DNA from: Moniliella sp. 'wahieum'
Lineage: Eukaryota
NCBI GenBank assembly: GCA_003971905.1
Contig: RSEE01000072.1
Coordinates: 248,001 to 312,000 of the forward strand
Length of the DNA stretch: 64,000 nucleotides
Direction of reading: 5' to 3'
Part shown: in pieces, positions 1 to 14,502 of the stretch
Numbering within the stretch: position 1 is the first letter of the stretch
Layout of the letters: each line of letters begins with the position of its first letter
Program-made: the position numbers and the translations under genes
The notes under the pieces: model-generated
Told to the model about the DNA's origin: nothing
The model's input: the letters and a program-made list of their open reading frames with translations, nothing else
Database searches by the model: none

Positions 1-341
1 GGAATACGAAGGGGAGGAACGGCGCATAGCAGAGGTACAAACGTTGCATTGGAACAGAGAGGAATCGAGGACGCTCCAAAGGCCACAGGGCTCCATGGTA
101 CACGGTCGGTCCAGTATCAAAGAGGTAAATGTCTAAGCGCAAGGGCCAGCATCGGCCATGGTGGTAAAGCCATCGGAATGGCGGAAAGAGGAACAGAAAA
201 CGGGCCAAGAGACAAGGTGCAAAACAGGCCAAATCCCACCTTGTCGCTTCCACGTGGTGGCGGCAAGGAAATGGTACGCGGGGTGGGAGGAGGGGGGAGT
301 GGGTCGGCTGCGAAGAAAGAAATAGAACGGGGTAGGATCTC

Positions 342-2490
342 CTACGCAGAGGAAGGGTTGTGTTGGAGCTCCTTGGCCCGTTGTTTGGCCTGGAGCGTGT
401 CCTCAATCCAGGCCGCCATATTGACATCGTCGTCGCTCGCTGCCCGCGCGCGATCGGCGAGAAGAAAAGGGTGTTCCAGTAAGGCAGCGTACGAAGCGCG
501 TTGGTGCGGGTTCTTCACTAAGCAACTACGAACAAAGTCGTGAGCGTCGCTACTGTACCCACCTGTGCCATCGGCCTGGGCGGAAGGCAAAGTAGGCGGA
601 TCGCCCCAGACAATGGCTTGGAGTTGAGCAAAGACGTCCGAATACGTCTCGGGGGGGTAAGGGTATCCTCCCTTGGCAATCTCGACCAGGCTGAGCCCGA
701 GTGACCAAACGTCAGCGGCGACCGTGTAGGCCCCCGCGGGTTCCGCACCAGTCGCGGCCGTTTGCTGCTGCGGGTTGATCCGCTCCGGCGCCATGTAGGA
801 CTGACAGCCAATGTTGGTTTTGGCCAGCGACTTTTCCAGCTCGCCCGAGACACCGAAGTCACACAGCTTGACTTGCCCCTTGGTATTGACCAGCACATTG
901 GTCGGCTTCACGTCGCGGTGAATAATGTTGAGGCTGTCTTTGAGGAAGCGGAGGCCCGAGACCATGGACCAGGCAATCCGTGCCAGTACGGGTTCGGGGA
1001 CATAACGGCCTGGAAGGCAGAGTTTGTCCAGGCTGCCAGCATCCATGTACTCCATGCAATAGTAGACACATCCCTCCACAAAAAACGCGCCGTAAAACTC
1101 GACGATTTGGGGGGCCACCGCGCGATGAAGAATGTCCAGCTCCATAATGATGGCCTTGAGCTTAGGATCGTCCAGCTCCAATCGGATCTCCTTCATGGCC
1201 ATCAAGACATTGGTCTTGATATGCCGCACCTTGCGCACCGTACCATAGTTCCCCCGCCCCAGCTCGTCCAGCAACTCAAAGTCCTCCAGTTGCATGTGGA
1301 AGTGGGTGCCATTCCCAAACTCTACCCCGTGCGCATCAAGAATAGCCTTGTCGGCAAACTTGAGCCGTCCATCCGTATCGACAATGTTGCTGTACTCATC
1401 AAACGCAGTTGCCAATTTGCCCGCTTCCAACCCACCTGCGCCGAGCCGAGCCGGAGCGGGCCCGGACCCAGACCCGACCCAGCTTTCTGCGTTCCACCGT
1501 CCACCAAATTATCAAGAGACGAAGCGGTATGCCCCGCCGGCCCGCCAGACCACGGCCGGGTGTCGCGTTGCCCATCGGACGCAGTGCGCCACCAGGTCGA
1601 CCACCTGGCACGAATCCAGCACGCGTCGCCGCCCCACCGACGGTAGCCACAGGTAAGCCGGCCGGTCCGCCCGGTCGAGGCGGAGGAGCGCGGGTGGACC
1701 GGAGTGGAGTCGCATCGACCGTGCCCGTGCCTGCATTGGCGCGACTGGAGCGCACCTGGTCCAATTTAGAACGAAGCGAGGGGGGGATCGCCGTACCTCC
1801 TACCATACGCACCCGGTCCGACCCAGGCACACCCCCGCGAGCAGAGAGACCACCGGGACGTACACCCCCAACGGTCGAGTGCACCCCAGGTAACGTCTTG
1901 CCTGGCGCTGCGCCTGGTGGAAGCCGGATGCCCGCGGGAGTCAACGCGTGCGGGTGGGGGTGCGTGTGCGGGTGCGGGTGCGGGCCTGGGTTGGGTCCGA
2001 GTCCGGGGGCAGAGCGGAGCAAACTCGGATGGATGACACTGGGGTTGAGACCAGGCCCTGAGCTCGCAGTAGAGAGGGACGCGGAAGATGTGTCCGAGTC
2101 GTGGGGCCCAGATGTACCCGCCTCCACTGATGGGGGTGAGGAGTAAGGGTGTGGTGGGGTGTGGGAGGAGGTGGAGGCGGAAGAGGAAAGGGTGGAGGTG
2201 GTCGTGGAAGAAGTGGAAGAGGAAGGAGGAGGCCATGGTGGTTGAGGATGCTCAAGCGTCGGTGTTGTCGCTTCCGATGGATCAGAAGTGGGAGATGTGG
2301 AGGAAGCGTTCTCCTTGTCCTGCTGGACGACTGTGGCGGCCACAGCAGGGTCGGCCGGAGGGGGTGGCTGGAGGGTTAGATGCTGTACGGAAGAGGCCAG
2401 GGCGGCAGGGGTGAGGGTGGTGGCTTGGGCGACAGACGCAGTGTCTGGCGTAGCTTCGGCAGCATCGGGGTCGAGCATGGCGACGGCCAT
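342..2490 (-). CDS. PBS2: MAP kinase kinase, Pbs2/Wis1 (HOG pathway) type; about two frameshifts near 1430-1515
   Basis: Kinase motifs ELGRGNYGTV, MAMKEIRLELD, IIHRDVKPTNVLVN, CDFGVSGELEKSLAKTNIGCQSYMAPERI in ORF 342..1430; P/S-rich N-terminus with a GLAGRRG docking-like motif in ORF 1399..2490, bridged through ORF 1322..1507. Confidence 0.93.
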
Positions 2491-2564
2491 AGGAGGAAGT
2501 GGGGGCGATGGGCGAGGGGGAGGAGGGATGGCGAGGAGGATGGCGATGGCGGGTGGTGGTGGGG

Positions 2565-2595
<31 letters not shown>

Positions 2596-3650
2596 GGTGG
2601 TGCTGGCATCATGGATAGGAGCGCCTGCGAGGTGCGAGATGATGCAATGATGTGTGAGATTGATAACCAGTGAGGCTTGCGGCTGAGGCGCTGGGGCCGC
2701 TGAGGCTGAACGTAAAAACGTTCATATTTTGCGCATTAATCGAATTAATCATTGCGCTCATTAACTGGGGAATTTGATCGTGTTGATTCACCGAGTCAAC
2801 GTACCACAGTGGCGTATTAGCGCTTTGATTAGATGTGGTCCTCTTTGTCCTCCACCGTACCATCTTGTAACATGCAACAACCCCCACCCCTCCCTACCCA
2901 ACCACGAACCCATGGTAGCACTGCCGCCACTGTATTTACCCCACTTAACCCCTTCAATGTGTACGCACTGGCAGCTCTCTCCTCTTGACAGTCTCGCCGG
3001 GTTTTTGCGTTGTCGCGTTCAATGGAAATAACAGAGAAGAGCAGGCTAACCCCTCAGACCCCTTACCGTTTAGGCCTTATCAAACCCACCAGTCCTCCAC
3101 CAATAAGGCGAGGGAAAGCGATTCCACTGAGAGATGCGCGTGTTGAGCAATCGGGTGTCTCGTGATGCCTTGGCCAATGTGTCCCTTCAGCTCCTCTCAG
3201 GCCTGGGAGTTCCGTTGTTTTCTCTCTCCTGTTTTCCTTGTTCCGCAACTTAGCCCTGGTGGCGACTCCCTGCATGATGTTCCTCTGTAGGCGTTGATGG
3301 TTGGCTTAGACTACCACCACCACCAGTGCGATTGCATCACCTTCGAGGACCATCTGGACTCTAGGTCTCATCAGTGCATCAGCGCCCAACGAGAGCCTCT
3401 ATGTAACGAAAACATATTTGATTTTTACAGATATGCTCTCTCTCTTTCACAGTATGCAGGACGTAGCTCCCTTGAGCGAGGCGATCGACGATCCCGCTCG
3501 TCTCTTTCCATCTCTATCTCGCCCGGCTGATTTGTATGCGTTCATCCATCTGAAGTTGTTCTTGCCCACTGATGGTTGACATAGAGATGTCCCGCACAAC
3601 TTTTTTCCGCCGCAACCGAAACAGATATGCATGCCAGGAAGAGGTCTCTG

Positions 3651-3780
3651 TGAGATCTGAGATCTTATCCGGCTCAATAACTGAGGCCTGAGGCCAGTCA
3701 AGTCAACCTTGTGGGCCTCAGGCCTCAGGCCCCAGTGTCCTTACGTTCAGGGGGGCCGGTAAACGTTAAACGTTAAACGT
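3651..3780. repeat. Palindromic heptamer tracts (AGATCT-G)2, (AGGCCT-G/C)n, (AACGTT-A)3
   Basis: Read directly: agatctgagatct 3653-3665; ctgaggcctgaggcc 3681-3695; ggcctcaggcctcag 3714-3728; aacgttaaacgttaaacgt 3762-3780. Confidence 0.85.
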
Positions 3781-5207
3781 ACCCAGAGACCACACATAAT
3801 AATAGCCTTATTTCCCACAGCGCTGAGGCTCAGGAAAACGTATGTACTTAATGGATCATCGTCCTCATCGATCCTCGATCATCGGTCCTCAGGCCTCACA
3901 TCAGCGCATCGGCATTGTACGAGTCGATCGATGGTTGATGGAGAGAGCGAGATGTCCATAGCCGAACTTAGTTGGTGTGGTATGTATACTCCCAGCAAGG
4001 TACGATGCTGTCGGCATCCACGATTCACGTGGTGGAGCATTTGCCGAGAAGCTTGGCGATCCACACCTTGCCCACCACCACAGGATAGAAGGGGAAGAAG
4101 CGAAAGCACAGCCGTCGTGCATCGCCTGGACGTCGTCTCTAACCATGTATCTTTCATGCAACGACATCACGTGTCACTTGCATCACATGCAACAGAGATT
4201 TTGTTACACTGCGGTAGGTTCCAGTTATGATACTTTTCAAGCCTGAGACTTGTGAATGTGAGGCCTGATGGTCTAAGATCTAATGCCTGGTGCCTTATAG
4301 CCTGGAGAGCCAGACTGCTATGCTACTTAGTAGCCTAGACTCCTACCAACTTTTTATCTTTTCTCTCTTCCCTTCCAAAAGGCTTCCAGAGCTGTGAACT
4401 GCATGTGAGCGTGTGAGCGACTGAGCGTCCGCTGCGCGAGCACGAACGATTTTGTTGCACAACATGTATCATCAGCAGGGGATCTGGATGACCATCCTGC
4501 ATCCCCCACACGGTCGAGGATAGGCTGATCTATATGCAGACAGAGGCTGAGCCGCTGTGGGGCTCCGAAGGGCTGACCGGTGAGCTCACTGGTGAGCGGC
4601 TGCTGCGCTCTGGTGGCGGGGGCCCACTTGGGGTGCGGCACTGGCGCTGTGCTGCGGCGTGGGTGGTCCCTCCCGAGCAGTGTGCTGGCGCGGCAGACAC
4701 GCGGGAGAGGCGCTGGGCCCCACGGGGCCAGCACTGCGCCAGCGGCATTATCGTAAGAGCCACTCGACCACCTTCTAAGTCCCAGTTCAGGCGTCAAGTT
4801 CACGCCGCCCACGCTCTCAGGTGCCGCCACACTGCCCAGGATGCAGGCCCGCGCTTGCGACACGCTCGGACACACCCGGACGCAGTGTGCTTTCTGGGCC
4901 CATCACCCATCCCCATCCCCAACCTGCATCTGCACCACAGCCACACACACTCTCTTCCCTCCCCCTACCCGCCGTCTGCTTCTTATATCCGCTGCTCTTC
5001 ACCTCGCTCCTCACGCCCCGTCCTTTTTGCTTCCAACCACCACCATCCGCGTCACCGGGTTCTCACGCTCATCACCTCCTTGCCTCCCAACCTTCCACCT
5101 TGTCAAGCTTCTCAAATCTCCCTCTATCTCACACGGCTCTCCACGGTTGCTGAGAACGTGTTATATAACCACACTTACCGCATCCTACCCCCATCTACTA
5201 GCCCATC

Positions 5208-7112
5208 ATGTACGTCACACGCCACGCACCCATCTCCCTCTCTCTCCTTTCCCTGATTTAGCTGCTTTCATGTTGACATGTCATCTCCCCGTTTGCTTTT
5301 TGGTTGACTTCTCTGTCAGGCATTTGTGTACGTGTGTGCCCTCTACTGCATCGACAATGCCTTCAGGTCTTCCGTTCTCCCTTTCAAACTTCTGACCCTG
5401 TCTCTGCCAAACAGACGGTGCAATCGTTTTCAACCAGGACCCCAATACGCGGCGCGTGCCGCTTCTGGCTGTGTGGGACCTTAACCCAATTAGCTGGGTT
5501 CGCCGTCAGGGTTTGCAGGCCCACATGATGGCCGAAGCCAAGGTACGCATTTTTCTTCCCCCATTTTTGCTACATCCTGTTGGCAGTTGGCTGTGTATGG
5601 CTAACGTGCCCCTTGCACCATAGGTACTGGCTGAGGAGACCAGCTACAACGACCAAGCACAAGTAGAGCAAGCCGACTACGTTGCCATTTCTTCCGGTCG
5701 ATCGAAGGAGGACGCACTGTGTGGGGTGGTTGTGACGGACTACGATTACCCACCTGAAGTGGCGATTGCGGTGCTCAACAAGATTCTGGAAGAAATGACG
5801 GTGAGTGTTCCCAAGGAGCGCTACCAGTCTCGGATCCTCGACTTGGCCGCCCACCACCCTGCCCTATTTCCCCGGTTCGGCTCAGTCAAGAAAGCAAAGT
5901 TCCGTCCTTTGATTCTGCTCAGGGGCCCCGAAAGGCCAGATCGGCATCGATGAGCCTATACTTGTGGCTGCGCTCGAGTTGCCTTCGTCCGTAGAATACC
6001 TGAGTCGGTACCAAGACGTACGTCAGGCTCAGCGTATGGCCGATGCCCAGTCCGGGAGCCGTGGAAAGGGGGGGAAGGCCTTCGGTATTCCAATGGATAA
6101 CTCTCCCAACAAAAAGCATACTTTCTTGGGATTGCGCCGCCAAAAGCGTGCCCAACCTCCAGTTTTTCACCCGATGGACCGGTCTGCTACGCTCAACATC
6201 CGCACTCTTCCACCTACGGAAAGCCGGACCATCTCGCCCGACTCCGCCGGCATCACAAAGATCCCTCCCGCTAAGGAGGACGCATTTTCCGTTCTTTCCC
6301 CAGGTATGCTCCGCGGCCACCCCGGTGCCTCAGTTGATACATCAACGGCGGAGGCGGAGCACACCATCACCCGCAAAAGCACGGTTGAGACGTTGCGGAA
6401 CTTTGACGAGACCTCGGCGACCGACGGACGTGCGACGCCAACGACTCTATCGACCCCACGGCGCAGCACTCTCCCCGCATCAGCTCTTGCGCCCAAGGGC
6501 GCCGAGCCAAGTCTCTCCCTCTCGGTTGATGCAACTGCTCCACCGCGCATCCGCAGCGCGACGGTTACTATGGGCAGCCGAGTACCAGCCCGTCCTGTTG
6601 GCTCGGACCTACAAACTCGCACTCGTCGTGAATCTACTGCGAGTCAGTCTCGTCGTCCTGCATCGCTCGCCGAGATGGATGGTGACGACGAAGTGCGTCA
6701 TGCATCTGTGCAGGCCAGTCTGAATGCAGTACGCGGCCTTAGTCGGAGCACAGTGTCCGTCAATTCCGACGAGGACGAAGAAACCGATATGGAAACCGAC
6801 ATTTCGTTCGGCGCCCGCACGCCCAGTCCCATGGCCAGCTTTGGTGCGGTCCGCGCCGCGCTTGCCCTCTCTCCCACCGTCGATCCCAAGCGCGCAAACA
6901 AGATCCGTGAGAGGAGCACTTGGAATCCCAACCCTGAAGTGATTGCACCTATGATTGTGGAAAAGCGGGTTGACTTTTTGCCCGAGGTGGCAGCGGAAGA
7001 TGAGGTGGAACCTTCTTCGGGTTCGGACAAGCTGCCGCATGAACTCTCCTTTCAAAGTACCGTCACGCTTGCACCTCAAGGGCCGTCGACACCACACCGT
7101 TCAACCTCATAA
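5208..7112 (+). CDS. Ykt6-like longin-domain protein with a long S/T/P-rich tail, no SNARE coil or CAAX
   Basis: Exons 5208-5209, 5320-5327, 5415-5542 and 5624 onward (donors gtacgt, gtacgt, gtacgc) splice to MHLYGAIVFNQDPNTRRVPLLAVWDLNPISWVRRQGLQAHMMAEAKVLAEETSYNDQAQVEQADYVA...CGVVVTDYDYPPEVAIAVLNKILEEM; after an indel near 5920 it continues EYLSRYQDVRQAQRM. Compare Ykt6 CGVLITDKEYP...LLNKILDE and YQDPxQAD. Confidence 0.72.
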
Positions 7113-8345
7113 GCCCTCCCCGCCTCCTGCTGCAGCAGAGGGACAGAAAATCGCTCCTTCTGAAGCCTTACTGTCGCCTCCGCGCGATGCGGCTTTGCAT
7201 CTGGCCCCACGCACTTCACTTGGCCAGTACGAGGGCCGATATGATGATCTACCCAAAGCAGTTCTGCCCTGGCCCTTCCTGATACTTCTCCCGCCGTTAT
7301 GTCTAACTTGGGGATCCGACCCAAACTCCATGTGTCCCATTCGGCTGGTACCGCTGGCGGGATGCGTTTGCTCCCTGGCCGTCGGCGCGCTTTGACCAGT
7401 ACCGGGTCGGAGGAAGAAGAGGGATGCGTTGTGATGTGATTAGCAATTCTTGCCGCTTGCCGCTTGTTACCTTTTGCTCTCAGTACCTGGCTTGGCCCAC
7501 AAATACCTTACCTTTTTTTACAAAGCTTTTGCACGTTTCTACACACTCTCGCTAGCTGTTGCCCCCATTCCCACCCTACGTGCTCCCTATTTCCCCCATC
7601 CCGTATTCAAAATTTGCGCCTCAATTTCTTTTACGACTGCACCCTCCCTCCCTCTTTTCGGTCTGGTACCCTCTCTGTGTTTGCGCGTTTGCCCAAAGCT
7701 CAATTCCCCCTAGATCTCTCCCTTCCTACTCTGTGGCCCTTGGATTTACCTATACCTACTTCCGCACTGGATCATGTGTGGACCCTTCCCGTCTACACAC
7801 GGAAAAAAAACCCTGTGAACTTTGCTATCTTCATAGGAATCAATTTGCCTCCATGCTTTGGTACCTTTGTTCTGAAATGAGTTGGATGCATGCTCATGCA
7901 GTGAGAGGTGTCCAAGCACTAAACGAGATATTCTGGGATCCACTGCTAGTAAATAGGGACCGCACGCGCGTACCATCAACGTCATCAACGTCCACAATAT
8001 CCACTGAATACCCACATGTGTGTTCTAAAGCGTTTTCTTCACAACTGCAGTGTGGTGGGCATTTACGGCCGACTCAAAGAGGGAGCAGTACCTTCTTGAT
8101 ATGATTGAAGAATTCACGCCTGCACAGGCTGGTGGCACTCTCTCGACTCGCTCCTCCTTCCTCTTGTTCAGAAGGGCTCCCGTTCCCGTGAGTCGTCGAC
8201 GTCGCTAGTAGCTGTGCGTGTTATCTGCTTTGACCTTTGTCTTCTTCCCCGAGGACAGTGCACATAGCAGCCACTAGCCCATATATAAGAGGGATGCGGC
8301 CATGGGGCCACGATGGGGGAAGCCATCTAGCCATAGTTACGAGTG

Positions 8346-10956
<2,611 letters not shown>

Positions 10957-11188
10957 ACCAGCGCTACCAACGACGACGCAATCATACTGCTAAGGAGGTG
11001 GAGTCATAGTAAATGTGCTCATGAACATAGCCAGATCTATTCGCCGGGGCTGCTTGGCGGGCAGGAATTAGCCGGCCCAACGGTGGCTCTGGTCTAGATG
11101 CCACTGGGCTATCTGTGCCCGCACCCGCGCCTGCTCGGCCGCAGGGATGCGCAACGCCCCAATTTCCTGTGGACTGGTTGAGGCGGGA

Positions 11189-12445
11189 TCAAGGGTGCGG
11201 CCATTCGAGAGGGAGATGGTCCGTGACGGTGCAGTTGGGGCGCGAAGGGGAACCGGAGACGCTCATCGAAGGAGCAACGACGCGCCTCGTATTGGTACCA
11301 ACCCTTCGATCCAACGCAGCTGCCGCAGCTGCTACCCTGCCTACCCTCGGGGGGGCAGGCGAGGAGGGAAGCTGAATCGAGCTCGAGGAACCAAGGGCCT
11401 GGCGGGCAGAAGCCAGGCGTTGAGCAATGCCCCCCTGCGCCTCATCTCGACGGGATGCATCTGCTGGGGCTGGGGTGCCAGGCGAGAGGGGTTGTAAAGG
11501 GCGTACAGTTCCATCGGGGAGGACTAATCCCTGGAGCGGTGTGCCGTTGGAACTGGTAAACAGCACCTTCTCCCCCACTCGGGCGGGGCGAGAGGCAGCG
11601 GGACGGGTGGGGGAGGAGGAAGGGGTGCGGGCAGAAATGGGGAAACAGTTGGGTGGTTTGCGGGGGGATTTTGTTGGCGAACCTGCTCTCTTCAAACCTG
11701 CAGCACGCACCTGGGCCTTAAATGCAGCCCATTCCTCCCTCTCCTCGGGCGCACTTACACCAGCGATGAGACCGGGCATAGCTGTGTCAGAGTCCGAGCG
11801 GGCAAGGCAGACGAGACACCAGTCCTTCCAGGAACAGAAGGATCGGAAGCCAGTGCAGGGGCAGACGAGGTGCTTGCCAGCGATTCCCAACGCAGACACA
11901 GCCGTGAGAATATCGCCGTCGTAGTCCAGCAAGAAGGACTCAAGCGATAGCTGCCGCACCTGGCGTGGAACCCGCTGAATCGCAGTGGCCACGGCGGCCG
12001 GGACTCGTGCTGCCTGGCTGCAAGCGCGTTCTGGTATCTTGTCACTCGCACATGGGCTGTTGGCCCGCCAGTGTCAGCACTCGACGTGTTCGTCTGGTAA
12101 GGAGGGAAGAGGGCGAAGGCAGCGTACTTTCCAGGTCAAAATTTTGTAGCAGTGTCCTGATCTGCTCCTCAGGCAGATCCGTTTGTGCAGGGCTGGGTCC
12201 ATGTGGTCACAAGTGCGCCACCGGCTGCCCAGCTGGGCACGTCGGCTGGATCGGTAGGGCGGGTGTTGGAGACGACGCGCAGGGCAGAGAGCTGGGTGTT
12301 GAGCTTGCCCATCGTGTCGTCGGGGGGATCTGTTTTCCTGCGCAGGCGCGGCCGCATGGGTGGTGGCGGAGGGTTTCTTGGCAGTGTCCCTGGCGCGGCG
12401 TCCCCGGGCCGAGGCCTTGTGTAAGGTGGCGGAGCGCGGGGCCAT
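11189..12445 (-). CDS. Nbl1/borealin N-terminal-domain protein (chromosomal passenger complex candidate)
   Basis: Splicing intron 12057-12127 gives EQIRTLLQNFDLETHVRVTRYQNAL, then after an indel IQRVPRQVRQLSLESFLLDYDGDI, resembling the Nbl1_Borealin_N pattern; downstream SSNGTPL motif. Confidence 0.6.
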
Positions 12446-14502
12446 GGAGCGGGCGGTGGTGGTGGTGAGGCGGTGGTGGTGGTGCGGCCGTGGTGGTGGT
12501 GAGGCCAGCGCACCCGCCGTGCCCAGCCCCTCGGCCGGCGTGCCACAGGCCACCAGCAGTGGCGGGCTTGAACATTTCACTGTGTTGGAGCAACCCCTAC
12601 CAGCGCCCCGGCGCGCCTGCAAGTCACGTGCACGTGCACGGCCGTTCCGCTCCTCCCTCCACCCGCAGAAGAAAAAATCGCCCCGACGGTTCCGCCCCGA
12701 CGCGCAGGCTATATAAGCGCCTGGTTCGGCCGCCGCTCTTCTGCTTTTCCCCACGTGCGGCAAAGTAGCACAGGCCCGTGTTGCTCCTGGCGTCCTTTCC
12801 CGTGGACCTGGTGAGCGTCAGCCTCGTTGCTCAGAACAAGCGTTGGGATATGCCATCCCCCCCTTGTGGGCGCCTGGACGTCTCAGCACCCTTGGGCCTG
12901 CTCGGTCCTCCCCTCTCCTCGGGAGTCGGGCGGAGCAGGCCCGGGTCGGTGGTCCAGACAGATATTTGCGTGGGGTGCCTCACCTCATCTCGGCTTGCTC
13001 CAGCATGGCGTGGCGCTTCCTTGGCGTCACGACTATCCGCTGGAGGTGGTGCTGGCTAGGGGCACTACTGTGGTTGAGCATGAGCCCGTGGTCGACCATC
13101 GGCAGCGACCAACTTGAATGCGATGTGCTCTTCCCTGTCGATAAACTGTTCTGTACTGCTTAGTCTGCTCTGTATTGTTTAGTCTGCTCGTTATGACTCG
13201 TACGTGGCATAGGCATGATAGCTATTAGGCCTCAGTGCTACAGCCATCAACATCCCTTGCGATGTCTATAGCCACTGCGGCGGGGGTCACCGGTCAATGG
13301 CCAACAACCCCCCACAGGGACTTGCTTGGCCCAGCAAGACGCTGCGTCCTTTCACCTTCATGCAACGGCGCATGGGCAGATGGGATCCGCCAATTATCCC
13401 AACGAGGAGACGTGCTTGGGACCGCACCATTCGTTGAACCCGTCCACCTGCGCTGCTGCTGTTGGAGGCACAGGGTAGTCTCGGATAGCCCCAGTAGTCC
13501 TTGGTTGGCGGCCGTGCTTCGTGCTGCCTCTCCAACTGACCTTCCTACTACCACCGCCGACCTCTACCGTAAACCTGGGACTGCGTCCACGCGTGCCTCT
13601 CATCCCCCTTTCCCCGCCACCTGGGCCCTGCGCCCTCACCCACCACGGCGTCAGGCCTCAACCGAGACAGGCTCTTGTCCCCTCTTTGCCTCTGGGGGAG
13701 TGCACCACAACGTTCCCGCTATCCGTTCTAGGTACTTAAAAGGTCTATGTGTGTACTGGTTGCGTTCTGTCTCGCCTTCTGAAAGAGGGTACCTGGGGTC
13801 GCCGAAGTATCATATGTGACAGCAAGAGACCTATGCCACCGATTCGCGGACCGCGTACCCGGTTAGGATTGGGAAATGGTGGTACACAAGATAGCACTCG
13901 AGGCAAGGTGATTGGGGGTGCGTGGGGGGGGTTCCCAGAGGGCCAGCTCAGGGGATGCAGCTCAACGCTCAAAGCTCAAACGATAGTCAGACGTGCATGG
14001 AGAAAGGCCTCAGGAGGGCGAAAAAAAAGCCATGGGCAGGACGGCAGCAGTGACCCAAGTGACAAAGCTTAATGTGGCTAAGAGGGCAAATGGACAAGTG
14101 GGTGGGCACACCTTGGCCCAAAGACAGAAAAAGAAGCACACAAGACCCGCGGGATGCATACCATATGGACTGATGACTGGGGTTCCTCCTTGGAATATGG
14201 CCAGCGGTCGGAGCAAAAAGAATGAAAGCGCGACTGGACCACACCAGAAGGATAAGGAAAGGAAAGGGGAAATGATGATTAGCTCTGAGGACGATCAGAG
14301 AGGAGACTGTTCGATCCTTGAGTAAAAGCACCGAGGGGTTTACGCTCTCTAATAAGAGAGAGGTATTATTTGCGACTCGATCCGGCGCTCGCTTGGAACA
14401 CAGTGAAAAAAGGCTCAGTAGTCCCAGGATAGTATGGGAGATGCAGACAAAGGGTGAAGGAAGAGAGATAGGACAGTGCCTAGGAAAGCCCAACCTGCCA
14501 CA

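Noticed and set aside
7440..8250. Lower-GC stretch with short ORFs
   Set aside because: Consistent with 3' UTR or intergenic DNA; no motifs
12700..14350. Possible small gene after the TATA-like ctatataag at 12709
   Set aside because: No coherent ORF or exon chain could be built
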